From: a virus
Lineage: Duplodnaviria > Heunggongvirae > Uroviricota > Caudoviricetes
Direction: 5' to 3' (one strand)
DNA: 64,000 nt
Virus record (IMG/VR): IMGVR_UViG_3300045996_000852
Location: 1 to 64,000 of that record
The number at the start of each line of letters is the position of its first letter. Position 1 is the stretch's first letter. Shown in pieces: positions 15,617 through 30,200 of the stretch. Both the position numbers and the translations under genes were made by a program. The notes below the pieces were generated by a model. It saw only the letters and a program-made list of their open reading frames with translations, did no database searches and had not been told where the DNA came from.

Positions 15617-18262
15617 ATGGCTTTTTCAACATCACCATATCAGCAAAATGATTATCAAGCAGTTAGTCAGTACAGGCCGTATGAACTACCTGTGAATGAT
15701 ATATTCAAAGGTATATCTGCTCAAAACCAATTTTGGGATGAGGGTGCTAGAAGAGTTAAAGCATATTATGATAATGCTTTAAATCTAAGACTTTCACTGG
15801 AACCTAATAAACAACTTCGTGATAATTTCATGCAGCAAGCTGAAAAGGAGATAAGTAAATTATCTTCTATGAATTTGGCTGACCCTTCTGTACAAAAGAA
15901 GGGCTTTAGTATTTTCAAACCTATATTCGAAGATATAGGAATTATGAGTGATGACCAAGCAACTCGTCACATAGATAAAGTTAAGGCTGACATCAATAGA
16001 GCAAGAACTACTGAAGGTGGTAAATTCTATGCAGATACAAATGCTATGGTTGCTCTGGATGGGATTGATGATTTCTTATCTGCAACGGATAGGAATGCAG
16101 GAGCACAGTTCTTGAAGAAAGCTAAGAGTTATATTAACTATTACAATCCTGCTGATGAAGTAACTAACATCATGAAGAATTGTAAGGGTCCAACTGTTAG
16201 TATGGGTCCAAGACCTGAGGACGGAAGCATGTATATGCATACTCAGGAGAATTCAGGTGCAAGTCCTTCAAGGGTTGCAGCTTGTTTACAATATGCATTA
16301 TCCGAGCAAGCAAAGAATCAATTGAGAATTGATGGGTATGCAGCATACCTGACTCCTAACAGAATTGATAATCCAGATGGTAAGAACTATAATGCTCTTG
16401 CTAATGATTATGTAGGATTTGCTGGTGAAACCCTTAAATCTTTAGATCAAGATATTAAAGATAGTGATGGTAAAATTCTTGCCTACAAAGCTCTATACGA
16501 GAAAACAAAGGATGAGAAATACTTGAATCTACAAAAAGCTCATGAAACTCATAAGCAAGAAATTCTAGGTAGAGCAAAGAATATAAATGAATCTTTCAAC
16601 AATATAAAAAATGGTAATCTTGATTTTATCAAACATAACTTCGAGAACCTTGCAGAGCAGATTCATACTAAAAGAACTATAGGTGGGTTATCCGAAGCTT
16701 TTAGAACAGATGTAACTATTGATAAATATTCTGCTGATGCTGTAAAATTACAGAATCAAAGATTAGAATATGATGCAGAAAAAACAGCTACAGGAAGAGA
16801 CCATGATAAAGAAATGGCTGCTTTGGAACACCAGTATAAACTAGAAGAACTTTATTTAAGTGGACAATTGAAAGGAAAGAAGCTAAATGCTGATGGAACA
16901 GTAACAGAAGCTTTTGATGTTACTAATCCTGCAATGACTGAAGATAACAAAGCTGTTGTAGATAATGGTTTCGAAGCGTTTAATGCAGAAATAGGTGCTG
17001 TTGATAAATTAATGGCAGATGCAAATACAATGCTATTCAATAGATTAAGGACAAAGTATCCTGATTTATTGAAAGATTATACAGTAGAGTCATTCTTTAA
17101 GCCGGGACCAAATGGTGTAAGTGCAGGACTTTCTTTCTTAGATGCTCAAGGTAAATCAGGTGTTAATGATGGTGATATTCAGAATTGGAGTGCAACTGTT
17201 ACTCCATTAATTAATAAGAAACAATTATTTGAAGTACAGAAGAATCTTAATGAGGCTAGACTTCAAAGAGATAATTCAAATCTTTTTGATAGAAGTCATT
17301 TGAATGATTTTAAACCTGTTACTCTTTCTGATGGTACTGTTGTAACACCTCAAATGGTGCAAGATGCATTAGAAGGAAAACCTTCAATTTTAAGAATTGA
17401 CAGAGGTAGTTCAGGAACTACATCATCTTCAGGAACTACAGGAGCTACAGTTAATTCTGGTTATACTCCTACTGAATATTATGTAAATGGGAAGTTGATT
17501 GAAACAACATACGGTAAGAAAGATAACAAATTGCATTCACTCGTAAGAGATATTACATCCAAAACTTATGAGAAGAACACAGAATTAAATAAGGTTAGGA
17601 ATAGTGTTTATGGTCAATCAATCCTTACTTTGAAACCTACTGTCTTTGCTGCTTATAGAAATAATGATGATGACGATGCTTTCAGAATAAGAGTTGCAAC
17701 AAGTGTTGGGTTGAATTGGAAGACTGATAAAGGTAATGTTCAGATTGTTAGTTATGACCCTTCAACAGGGGATGCAGATGTAAGAATTATAGGAAATAAA
17801 GAATTTCCTGTTGATAATACTTCTATTCTTAGTAAACTGAAATATACGATGAATGCTGATGCTTCATTAATGTCTTCAGGTGATAATGAAGTGGTTGTTA
17901 AGATAAAAGGTGATAATACTTTAAAAAGTGCATCACTTAATGAAAACCCACTTCAAATACTTCAATTAAGTTTAGATAAAATCAATCTCTCATTGAATGA
18001 CCCTAAAGGTCTTTATGCAAGCGTTCAACCCGGAAATACCATTATGAATATACCTATTCAGACAAAGGGGTATAAAGGAACAGAATATAATATTGAGGTG
18101 ATTAGAGGAATGGGCGGTACGGCACAATATGTTCCTTGGGTTAAACAAAAAACAGGGGATGGTATTGGTCAATATAAATCATTGGATATAACATTTAATA
18201 CGTCAAACGAATTATTAAGCTTCCTTCATCAAGCAGATAAAGGAGCTTCAACAAAAAGATAA
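15617..18262 (+). CDS. Large virion-associated protein, 881 aa
   Basis: Long ORF in the structural block. Portal or tail-hub is possible, but I recognise no motif. Confidence 0.5.
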   Translation: MAFSTSPYQQNDYQAVSQYRPYELPVNDIFKGISAQNQFWDEGARRVKAYYDNALNLRLSLEPNKQLRDNFMQQAEKEISKLSSMNLADPSVQKKGFSIFKPIFEDIGIMSDDQATRHIDKVKADINRARTTEGGKFYADTNAMVALDGIDDFLSATDRNAGAQFLKKAKSYINYYNPADEVTNIMKNCKGPTVSMGPRPEDGSMYMHTQENSGASPSRVAACLQYALSEQAKNQLRIDGYAAYLTPNRIDNPDGKNYNALANDYVGFAGETLKSLDQDIKDSDGKILAYKALYEKTKDEKYLNLQKAHETHKQEILGRAKNINESFNNIKNGNLDFIKHNFENLAEQIHTKRTIGGLSEAFRTDVTIDKYSADAVKLQNQRLEYDAEKTATGRDHDKEMAALEHQYKLEELYLSGQLKGKKLNADGTVTEAFDVTNPAMTEDNKAVVDNGFEAFNAEIGAVDKLMADANTMLFNRLRTKYPDLLKDYTVESFFKPGPNGVSAGLSFLDAQGKSGVNDGDIQNWSATVTPLINKKQLFEVQKNLNEARLQRDNSNLFDRSHLNDFKPVTLSDGTVVTPQMVQDALEGKPSILRIDRGSSGTTSSSGTTGATVNSGYTPTEYYVNGKLIETTYGKKDNKLHSLVRDITSKTYEKNTELNKVRNSVYGQSILTLKPTVFAAYRNNDDDDAFRIRVATSVGLNWKTDKGNVQIVSYDPSTGDADVRIIGNKEFPVDNTSILSKLKYTMNADASLMSSGDNEVVVKIKGDNTLKSASLNENPLQILQLSLDKINLSLNDPKGLYASVQPGNTIMNIPIQTKGYKGTEYNIEVIRGMGGTAQYVPWVKQKTGDGIGQYKSLDITFNTSNELLSFLHQADKGASTKR

Positions 18263-18264
18263 TT

Positions 18265-21200
18265 ATGGCAGATACTCCATACTTGGATTCAAGTCTACAG
18301 ACAGGTTATAATAATTCAGATGTTTTGGCTCTTAAATTAGAGACACAAAATAATCTGGATAGAGTTTTAAATCAGAATTTTAATCCTGATGAGGTTAGTC
18401 ATGACTTCTATGCTGACCCTGAAGTAGAGAATAATATTAGTGAAAGGGATTTGGCTATGGATATTATCAAAAAGAATCCAGAGTCATTTACTGATTTCCT
18501 TTCTCATCCTAATGCTGCAATTAGGGAGACTGCTCAATCTATTGTACTTGGTAGAACAGATAAAGACCCATTTTATAAAAATAATGTGGGTGGTACTAAT
18601 GTCATGCCATTTGATAAATCTATGGACAAGTTCTTAGATAAGGATTTTGGATATAGATTTGACAGAGATAATGAAGATTATTATTACAGGAATGATTATA
18701 TGGATAGTAACTGGTTCGCAAGAAACCTTGTCTACAATCCTTCAAAGTTCCTTGCAAGAACTATAGTTCCCGCCATTTTGAAATTTGGTGAAGGTTTTGG
18801 ATATATTGGTTCTATGATTGGTTCTATAGGTTCTGATAATTATTGGGCTGATGTTGCAGATAATGGATTCTCTAATTGGCTCTCAGGATTAGAAGAGGAC
18901 TTTAAGAACGAAATAGTTCCAGTATATAAGCAAGCAGGATTTGATGAGAAGGGTTTCTTCTCTAAGCTTGGTGATTGGTCATTCTGGAATGATTCAGTAG
19001 CAGATGGTTTAGCTTTTATGGCTTCTGCTGCAATACCTGCTGGTGGTCTAGGACTACTTGGTAAAGCAGGTAAACTTGGAAAGTTTGGTCAAGCATTTTC
19101 TACAACTTCCAAGGCAGGTAAATTCGCATCAAAGGTAGGTGTAGGTTCTGGTGCAGAACTTACTTCTCTTGCATTTAACACAGGAATGGAAGCAGCAACA
19201 GAAGCTTCAGGTGTATTTAAAGATGCTGTTGAAAGAATGGAAAACCTGAGAGGAGCAGGTGACGATAGATATGCAAATCTTACTGACAGTGATATTAGAG
19301 AAAGAGCAGGTAAGCTGGCAAGAAACACTTTCATGGGGAACCTTCCAGTATTACTCTTCTCAAACGCTTTCGAGAACACAATTTTCTTCAAACCTTTCAA
19401 GAAGGTTGACGGTCATGCTGCATCACTTACCGATGAATTTAGAGTAGCTTCTAAGTCTCTGGATAATCTGGAAAGTAAGGGATTTTTGAAATCAAGCTTA
19501 GGTTCAAAACTTAGTAGAACTAGACATTATGGTGGTCAAGCATTAACTGCTACAGGAATGGAAGGTTATTGGGAAGAAAACTCTCAGTTAGCCATCCAAA
19601 GAATGAACACTATTGATGAGCAAGGAAATATAGGAACTGGCAAAGGTTTCTTTGGTCAATTATTTCAACAAACAAAAGATGCCACATTTGGTAATGATAC
19701 TGTAGCTGCTGAAAGTATTGGTCTAGGTGCTTTAATTGGAGTAATGGGTTCTGCTGGTGTATCTAAATTCTCAGGTGAGAGGAGACAAGCCATTGATAAC
19801 ACAAGAAGGGCAATTGAACAGGGAAAGATTGCTAGACAAAGATTATTTGAAACAAATGATATATATGAAAGGGATGATAAAGGACATATTGTTTTCGGTG
19901 AAAATAATGAGCCTAAAGTAAGCCCTGAAAAACTTAAAGCAAAAGCTCAAGCATTTGAGCAAACTGCTCAAAAGATTGCTGCTGGTACGAAGGATGAATT
20001 CCTTAATTCAAGACCTGTGCAATATACTTCACAAAAAGCTCTTGCTGATTATGTGAGGTCTTTAGGTAATATAGGAGTTGAAGGTGTTGCTGAGAGAATG
20101 CAAAGTCTTAACCCTGAAACAGCATCTTTATTTGGACTGGACCCACAGAATGTAAATGCAAAGGTTAGTGAGTATGCTAGTCTTGCCAAGTCATTTGAAG
20201 ATACTTCCAAATCAGTTAATGAAATAAAGGATGGTAAGAAATCATCTGAAGAATCAGACGAAGATTTCAAACTGAATAATGCAGCTAGGAAAGGTACAGC
20301 TTACCGTCTTAGAACGGATAATGCCATCATTAACAATTTTGTTAGTGGGGATAGAGGTGCTTTGACTGAACTAGTTACTAAAGATAGAAATCTTCCCGAA
20401 GCTCAGGCTTCTGATTTTGTTGTGGACAATCTGAATTCACTTCTTATTAAGAGAAAGTTGAATAAGGATGTTATGGCTTCTGAGGGATACAAGAATGATA
20501 TGTCTGATATTGAGCAGAAATTCCATCAGGATTTAGATGCTCAATTAGCTGATGAAATTGAAAAGACTAAAACTAATAATCAAGATGCTTTAAAAGAAGC
20601 AAAGACTGAGAATGGTTATTATGTACCTTCTGTTAAAAATCCTAATGTAGGTAGATTAAAGACTCAAATTGCAGGGTATGAAAATACTATTGCTAAGAAT
20701 ACTTATCTGAATGATCTAATATCTCATCCTGAAACAGGCTATGAGAACTATAAGAGATTGAGTGGTAAATTGTTGGATAATTTGGAAAAGGCTGCTAAAA
20801 ATTCTCCTCAAGGTAAATTAGAAGAAAAGCTTAAGAAGCACAAGTTGAATGAAGGAGATAATTTCTCTGACATCAATAGACTTGTAGCCAAGATGGTATT
20901 TGGTTCCAATCAACAATATTCAGATAAAGAACTTCAGTTACAGCAGAATTATCCTGAACTTATCGAAGATATGTTAAAGGAGTTCGAAAAAGCTGTAGAA
21001 ACACAGAGAGAAAAACTTCTGAAATCAAGACTGGATAATCTTAAAAAAGAACAGGATAAACTTGTTGGCCTTATTTATGAAAAGAATTTCAAAATAGGTG
21101 AGAAGAGAAATGAGATTGAAAAGCTGGTGGATGATTTAAAACAATCCATTGAAGAAAACAATGAAGTTAAGAGGGTAGAAATTGAAGCTCTTCTTAACAA

Positions 21201-24200
21201 ACTTCAAGATGATATTTTCAAGGTAGAGGAAGCTATAGAAATGTGGAATACTCAACTTGGAAAGTTAGACTATGAGATTGAATTACTTGAGCAGGAAGTT
21301 AAGGGTGGAGATTTTGTTGGGTTAATGAATCCTATTGAAGAACTTAAGAAAGAGAAAGCTTGGGTAGAAGAAAGAATTGAAAAAACAAAAGGTATTCTGG
21401 ATAAACTAAATGTACTGATTGATAAATTAATCGGTATAGCTAAACTATTGTTTGGTAACAATTGGAATCCTCAAAACCTTGATAGACCATACACTGATAA
21501 AGTATATGGTGCTAATTTCAGAGCACGTTATAATGATGAGTTTGTTGAACTGTTCGACAGAATAAATCTTAACAGGGCAAGGAAAGAACAATTAACTAAT
21601 TACGTTGCAGAACTAGAGTCTACACTTCAAGCTATCACAGATCAGATAAAGCAACAGAGTGAAACAACTCAATCCATTATTAAGGAAACTGAGCAATTCT
21701 TCCTTGATAGGTATGTTGACCTTACTAAGGATACCACTGCTCAAAATGAGTTAGATAAGACTGATGAAGATATTACCAATTCTCTTACCGGAGATATGGA
21801 TGCTTTTCCTAATGGTATAAACAGTTTTGACCAGTCTACTTCTGAAGAGGAAGTTTATGATGGTGCAACATATCTTAGACCTTTACATACAAAGTTTACT
21901 ACAACTACACTTCCAGAGGGAGAATATGAAAGTTATCCTCAGGATGTAAAGGACTTCGTAGACTTTACTGAGAACTTTACTTCAATGTCTAACAAAGACT
22001 TAAGTAAAAAATTAGGAAAGGGTAAAATCAAAGCACTTGTAGTAACAAGAAATAATGTCGCTGCTCTTGGTTTGGGAGAAACTCTTCTGGACAAGCAAAA
22101 ATACTTTGCTAATGAAAATCCTGCTGAAACTCACTTTGAAATTATCCCGGTAATTGAAGATGGTGGTTTCATGTACTTTATTGATAAAGACCTTAACAGG
22201 ATAGGTAAGGTAGGTGAGAAATTAGAGAATACTAATCTTATAAGAAGAAGTCTGAGACTTCCTAAATTTAAAGATAGTGAGTCTCAAGCTTATCTTATCA
22301 AGCATACTCAGAAGGACTTGGATGATGCTGTAAGTATTGCTACTAAGTGGAGAGAGAAAACTCTTGAAGAGAGTGCTAAGAATCCTAAAGTTACTATAAA
22401 TTTTGCTGTTACCAGAGGTATAGCAAATAAAATGAAAAATGAAGATGGTTCTCAGGTAAAGAACTCAGTTGGAAAAACCCTTCTGGAAGAAGGTGATATT
22501 CAGGGAAATTCTGTACAAGTATTTGCTAAACCAGACCAATCGGTTAATGGTGAGTATATTACTATGCCTGTAGGTAGACCATTTATATATACTTCCAATG
22601 GAGTTCATAGTCAATTCCATTATGCTGATAATAACAGACTTTCTGACGATCAAATTAAGGTTGTATCATCTGTATTAAAAGCTCTTTTGAAAGACCATGC
22701 TGATAAAGTAAAATCTGTTATCAGTACAGACAAATTCAAAAACAATAAGGATAACAAAGTTCTTCTTGAAAGAATAGAGAAAGTTGGTGGTATTGAAAAC
22801 CTTACAAATGAGGATAAAAAACAACTGTATGCTGCTGTAACTAAGAAGGATGTAGTTAAGGGCTTCAAGTTGTTTAATGCCAACTATACTAAATATCTTT
22901 CTTCAATTATTTACTTTGGAGCACCAAGGGATGAAAAAGGTAATAAACTACCTCCTAAATCTAATCAGGTTTACTTCAAAGGACCATTCCTGCAATTTGG
23001 TGATGGCATCAAGATAGATATTACAAATCCTGAACTGATAGATGGTGAAGGTGTACAAGCATTCTTAGGAATTCAATTCCATAATGTTAAATTCTTCAGC
23101 AAACCTAATACAGTTAATGGTCAATATACAGAATATATTCTGGATAAAGAGGGTAACCTGAAGACTAGAAACTGGAAGACTTATTCACATTACTTACTTT
23201 CTGAAAAGAACCCTGATGGTACTTCCAGAGAGGTAATACCTATTACAACTTCTATAAAAACAAAAACTCAATACGATGCTGAAGCGAATCCACTCCCTTC
23301 TCGTACATATAACTATAGAGGGTTATCTCTTACAATGGAGCAATCTCCTGTAGTCAAGAAAACTACGGCTACCGAGAATGTAAAGAAAGAAGAGCAGAAA
23401 AAGGAAAAAAACAAGCAAGAAAAGAAAGGATTGTCTTCTATTGTTGCACAATTAAGAGGATTAGATAACCAATCTGAAGAAGATGAGGATGTAGAGGAAG
23501 TTCTTACAGAACAAGAACCTGAAGAAGATAATGGTCTTGAATCAAGATTGCTTGGAATGTTAGGTAAGCAAAAAGCTAGAGAAGAAGGTAATTCTTTCCC
23601 TAAGAAAAAAGCTGCACCTAAGTCTCAAGAGGAAGAAGATGATAATATCATTGAAGAAGAAAGTGAAGAAGATGTAGATGCTCCTCCGGGTAATTTAACA
23701 TTGGTTACTGATGAAGATGAAGAAATGGATGATGAAGAAGACCTTACTCCTATGAAGAAGAAATTCTTTAGGGTAGCTTCTAATTCTGGTCCCTTTAGAA
23801 CTGAATCTGATTTGAATGCAGTAGTTGCTGATATTCACAGAATGGTTCCTCAATTCCCTGTATCAAGACTTAAAGAAATAATCAGAACTACTGATGGTGT
23901 AGAGGCATGGGGTCAATTCGTGGATGGTGTTATTAAACTATACGAACTGGCTGAAGTAGGTACGGGTTACCATGAGGTATTTGAAGCCGTGGCTAATAGG
24001 TTACTTACTGATACTGAATGGAATGCACTTGAGAAAGAATTTAAAGGTAGGAAGGGTTCATTTATAGAGAGAGAAACTGGCAAGACATTGAAGTTTTCTG
24101 AAGCTACAAGTAATCAAGTTAAAGAACAACTGGCTGAAGAATTCCGTGATTTCAAATTGAACAAATCAGAACCTAAGGAAAAGAACATAAAATTCTATCT

Positions 24201-27200
24201 TAGAATGATTTGGGATTTCATCAAACAATTATTCTCTAAGTCATCTGAAATCAAGAATACCTTTTCAGCTATTGACCAGTCTAAGTTTGCAACAAGAAAG
24301 GCTCTCACACAAGATAGATTTGAATCAAACTTTAGAAAGTTACCAGAACTTCCGGTAAAAATCAAGAGAGACCTCTTTGATGGTGCTACTACGTACATGT
24401 TCCAGAACATTCTGTTAGGACCAAAATCCTTAACAGTACTGGATGATATGTCATATACTGACCAAGATTTATATGAACCAATAAGAGAGCAGTTCAAATC
24501 TCAACTGGAAGAATACAGAGCACTCCCTAAGAAGAATACTAAAATCAGTAATGCTATACAATATTTGGATTTTACTCTGAATAACTGGAAGAGATTTGTT
24601 GAGGCTCATAAAGGGAGTCTTAAAAAATATGGTATTAAGTTCAGGAACATATCTGAAATTGAAGAAGATGTAGTACTGGAACCTAAAGATGATTCAGCAG
24701 ATAATAAGAATCAGAATGACTATACTCAGGATATATTCACATTGAACGCTAAAAAATCAGCTTCCACTTCAATCAAGTTCCTATTCGGTACAATGATTAA
24801 ATCCAAATTTAATCTTGAAGGTGGTGTTAATGTTGTTAACAATAACAAAGTTGGTGATATTGACTATGTAAACAATGAAGTGTTCTTACCTAATTTGGTG
24901 AACTATGATGAGTACATGCTCAAAGCACTTGATGAATTTAACGGACTTTCTGATTTTACCAAGATAGAAGAAAGACTGAAGCAACTTGCTGGTATTGATA
25001 TATTCAATAATATTCAGAATCCAGAGGCTTATAAAAGAGCAATGGAGCTTATGTCTAATGAACAAGCAGTATGGACTTCTCTGTATATGAGGTTATTCTC
25101 GGACAGAATAAATCCTGAGGCTGCTATGAAGATGAAAGTAAGACTTCAGAACTATGTTTCTAAACACGCACCTCAACCATTTGTAATGCTTTATGGGGGT
25201 GGTACTTCATCAATTGTTTCATCAATTGATAGGGTTTTCTATGAGGAAACTCAAAAGAAAATTGAGCAAGGAATTATGTCTAAGAGAGGTAAGATGTTCA
25301 AATTGGATTACCAAACACAGAACTATATACCAGCTTCTAACTTCAGACCTATGGTAATGGCTGAATTTGTTAAGGAGAACAAACCTCTTGGAATGATTGA
25401 CCTACTTGGTCTTTCTGATGTAATCACACCTATTATTTATAACAAGCTGGCTGGTGTAGATAGAATCAGGCTGAACCAATTATTATTCAAAATCAGAGAA
25501 GAGTTGTTAAAGGTTAATACACCTTCCTTAACATTTAGAAATCTTAATATAGGTAACTACTCTAAGGAACTAATTGATTTCATGAATGATAAATTGAGAA
25601 GTAAGCAATTACAATCTCAATTCTTGAATGCTGATAATGAACCACAACAAATACACGTGTTGCCTTCATTTGCTTCAAGAGTTCTGAATGAAATGAATAA
25701 TGTTAAAACAAAAGAAGAATTGTTTAACAAGTTCCCTCATTTAAGACAGAGTTTTGCTAAGGATTCAATTGTTCTTAATAAACTATTCGATAAGAATGGT
25801 AATAGAAATGATGTACAAGTAAGCCTTGGATATGTTGAGGCTATCAAAGATACGGATGAACAAGCTGGTACAAAAGTAGAGAAGTTGGAATTTACTGATA
25901 GGTATTATCTACAGTTCCAAGCTAGTCTACAAGGATTATATTATACTATCCCGGCTGACTCATCTACAGAATGGGTATTCAACTTTGGAGAATTTGTTCC
26001 TTATTCTGAAAACTTATTAACTGAACAAGGTGATGAAATAATCAATACGTACTTCTTACCTAAGCTTCACTCTGAAATAGGGGTAGCTAAGGAAGGCACT
26101 AAAGGATTATTACAGCTTGAGCAATTCCATAACAAGAATGATAAAGAAGCAGGAAGACCTATTGGTAAATCTTTGAGATTCTTCAAGGATATACTGAAGG
26201 ATGTTGCTTATACAAAAAATAAATCCCTATTACAGGAAATATATGACAGAATTGACAAAGGTGAATCAGCCAACAAGATTCTATCTAGTAAAAAGGTTTC
26301 TGAGGCAGTTAGGGAAGGTGTTAGAAGTTATATCAACAATCAGGTAAATATCACAGAGAAAACACTTGAAGATAATAGATTATATACTATGTCAGGTGAG
26401 AACTTTGTATTAAGTGCTGTTAATGGAACATTCCTTAGCAAGTATCCTGATTATTTCAGTTCTGAAGAAGGTAGAACAAGAATGACACCTACTCAGTTCA
26501 AGAGTCTTCTGGAATATCAGAAGATAAACTCTCTTCTTGGTTCAATGGAAACATTCAAGATTGTGTTTGGTGACCCTGCACAATATAAGGATTTTGAAAA
26601 AAGAGCTAAATCATTACTTGGTCCTACAGAGCAAACATTCGAAGATTCTACAGGTGAGTTCAACAAATGGTTGAATGAAACAAAGAACTCTGCTGTCCTT
26701 GGTGATGAAAGGGTAGAACTGAACGGTAATGATTGGTTCAATACTGAATTTGGTGACCATATTACTGAAAGAACTGTTGATGACCTTGAAGTTGTTGATA
26801 TAAATAGTGTTAATAGTTTAAAAAGAATCAAAGCTAACTATGCAGAGAAGTATGAGAAAAATAATGAAACTGATGGTGAGTCTGCTGGTACTATTGGTTT
26901 TGCGAGACATCTATTTATTAAGTCAGGATGGAGATGGTCTGATGAACATGAAAGGTTCTACCAGTATGATACAGCTTTAATGAGACAGGAGCTTTCCAAG
27001 CTGCCTAAGAGTAATCCTAGTCATTATGACTATAAGGGTAATACTGCATTGGCTGAACTGGATAAGAAGATTATAGAGGACTATAAGAAGAATCCTGCTA
27101 ATGTAAAGCTGTCTCCTGTTAAGACATTGATGGCTTATGTAGACCCTATAACAGGTGCTCAAAGTCTTATCAAACACTCTGTATATTTCATGAGTTACCA

Positions 27201-30200
27201 GCTTGCAAAAGAGTTCGAACTTTTAGATGTATATGTGGAATTACTGAAAGGAAAAGATTCTTTGTTGAACTTTAAATCAACCAAGAAGATTGGACTTGCT
27301 GTAGATAATAATGGCGAGATAACATCTTACTACCAAAATCCTTTTGAGAGAACTGACCTTGATGCTAAGGGTAATCCAAGAGGAATGGTGGATATGAGAA
27401 CTATAGGTATTCAGGTTGAAACTCAGGGTGGAGAATGGGGACAAACACTTGGTTCTCAGACTACTAAGGACATCAATTTGAATTTATTTGAAGAAGGTGT
27501 TCCTACAGATTTCCTACAGGATAAGTCTTTTGATGAAAGATATGCTGAATGGAATAAACTGGATGAAGCTCAAAAGATGACCGTTTCAGCAAACTACAGA
27601 AAAGTATTTGGTGAAGAAGGTACTATTACAACATTGGAAAACCTGAAGACAAAGAGTTCTCTTGAAAAACTTACTGAACTTGGTGTAAGATGGAGTTATA
27701 ATAATGGTCAGATTTCCTATAATATTGATGATCTTACAAAGGTTAAAGATTATATATATGATGAACTTCAGAGATTGGATATTGATGACAATACCCTTGA
27801 TGCTATTCAATTAACCAAGGATTTAAAAGAGTTCGAAAATCCTGCTGAAGTAACTCCTTCATACACAACTATATCTAACCTACTTTGGGCTATAGCTGAT
27901 AAATCAGTTACAGGAATGAAAGTAAATGGTAAGTCACTTATTCAGGTGTCTTCCGCTTTCTTCAATAAGAGTAAAGGTAGAAGTGGTGCTTATAAAGATG
28001 CTGAAGGAAATTGGGTAGAGGTTAAGACCAAAGCAGAATACGATGCATTACCTGAGGATGTAAAATCCAAGGTTGTAATGACATCCTCTGAACTTTCTTT
28101 CTATTCATTGAATGAAGGTGGTACTGAAATCAATGCTATGGAGATTTACTTACCTGACATTTATATTGAAAAGGTAAATAAAGCAAGAAAGGCTAAAGGT
28201 CTTAAAGAGCTTTCTGCTGAAGAATTGATGGAATACCTTAACAAGAATCCTAAACTTCTCGAAGGTGTAGGTTTCCGTATCCCTACTCAAGATACTGCAT
28301 CAATTGAATTCTTTAAGATTAAAGGATTCCTTCCTAAAATAATGGGTGATGCTGTAGTAGTTCCATCGGCACTTACTACAAAAGCTGGTTCTGACTTTGA
28401 CGTGGATAAACTTAATACTTATTTGAACAACTTCAAATTGAATAAGGATGGTCTACCATTATATGAAGAGTTCTTAACAGATGAAAACTCAACTGTAGAA
28501 CAGAGATATACCAATACTTTCGGTAAAAGAAGAAAGCTTTTACAGACTGTAGAACAATATCTATTGAAGACTTATGAGAAAGAAATTCTAAATAACTCTA
28601 CAAGAGCTTCAGTAGATAAGTTACATAAGGCTATCTTCAAACAATTGGATGATGTTTCCTTCTACAGTGAGGAGGAGATTGAAGAAGTTCTTTCAGAGTC
28701 TCAGTTCAGGAATACTACATATAAAGAATTACTTAAAGGTGTTAGGGATGAAATTAAAACTTCCCCGACTCTTGAACAATTCAAACAGTTCCCTTTATTC
28801 TTACAGAATACAAGAGGTGCTGTAGAGAACATGTATTTCCAAGCAATTAGAAATGTATTGAAGTCTCCTGAAATGTTGGAAGCTTTGTTACACCCTATTT
28901 CTACTCAACACATCAAGGATAATAAACTTGCTGTTCAGGCTGCTAAGGAAGGTATCTCAGTTGAAGAATTAAAGAAGAAAGAAAAGAATAAAGAAATCAG
29001 ATATGATAATTTCTTATCAACTGAATTCATTGCTGATAAGAGAAATCAGTTTGCTAAGGGTAAGAATGATATTGCCATCTTCGCTATTGCAATGACAAAC
29101 TTTGCTAACTCTCAGGTTACAGGATTAGGTATTGCTGAAATTGATGCAGTTGACCCTTATGACATGATGGTGTTTGAAGATGTTAACCAAGGTATGATTG
29201 ATTTACCTTTCGATGAAATACCTGTTCACTTTGTTAATGGTGTGAAGTTTATCCCTATCTCTAAGTTGAAAGATAGTGATGGGAGATTTACAATGTCTAA
29301 GATTTCTGCTTATATATCTGGTGCTGTGGACGTTGCTAAGGAACCCGATATTATTGAAATGGGTATGCACTCAGAACTTGCAGGGGTATATATGCTTCTG
29401 GAAAGAATGGGTCTAAGTGGTGAAATGACATCATTATTCCTGTATCAACCTGCTATCAGAGATTATCTGAAAGAATTACTATTCAGAGATAATAAAACTT
29501 ACTTTGGTTATTCTCCTTTTAAGAACAAAAAGGAAATGATAGAAGAACTTCTCCTGAAGTACTTTGCTAACAAACCTTATAATCCTAATTATAGGTTCAC
29601 TAAGGATGAATTGGTAAAATTAATAGCTAAGGGTGAATTAGTGAAACAAGGTAAGGCTACTTTCTCTGCTGAAGAAAATCATGCTCAATTTATAGCACTT
29701 GCTAACTTCTTGAAACTGAAGATTTTCTCTGACCACTTATTGAAGACAATTATGGCAACTAACCATGACACATCTTCTATAAGAAGCTCTCATGTACTTA
29801 CTAAAAAGGAATTACAGTTAGATGCTGCTAAGAGAGGGAACCTGATAGTACAAATGAAGGGTGAGGAAATAATCAATGGTGCAGAAGCTATTATTAATAC
29901 TACAGCTATTAAGACTGATAAGCAGTTGTTAAATATGTTTGATTCTGTAATGTCGGACATCAACTTGTTTGCTTTACGTAAACATAACCCTAGAACTGCT
30001 TTGAGAACTATTGCAGCTAGAGTATTCTCTCAAAATCCTTACATTTCCAATGATGATTTCATTGCTGTAATGAAACAGTATGAAGTTACATTGTTAGACA
30101 GTATTGTTAATAAGGTTGAAATTCCGGGAATTAATGAGAATGATGAAGAGACTTACAATGCTTTATATAAGTTCAGTAAACAATACTTCCATGTAGACAG

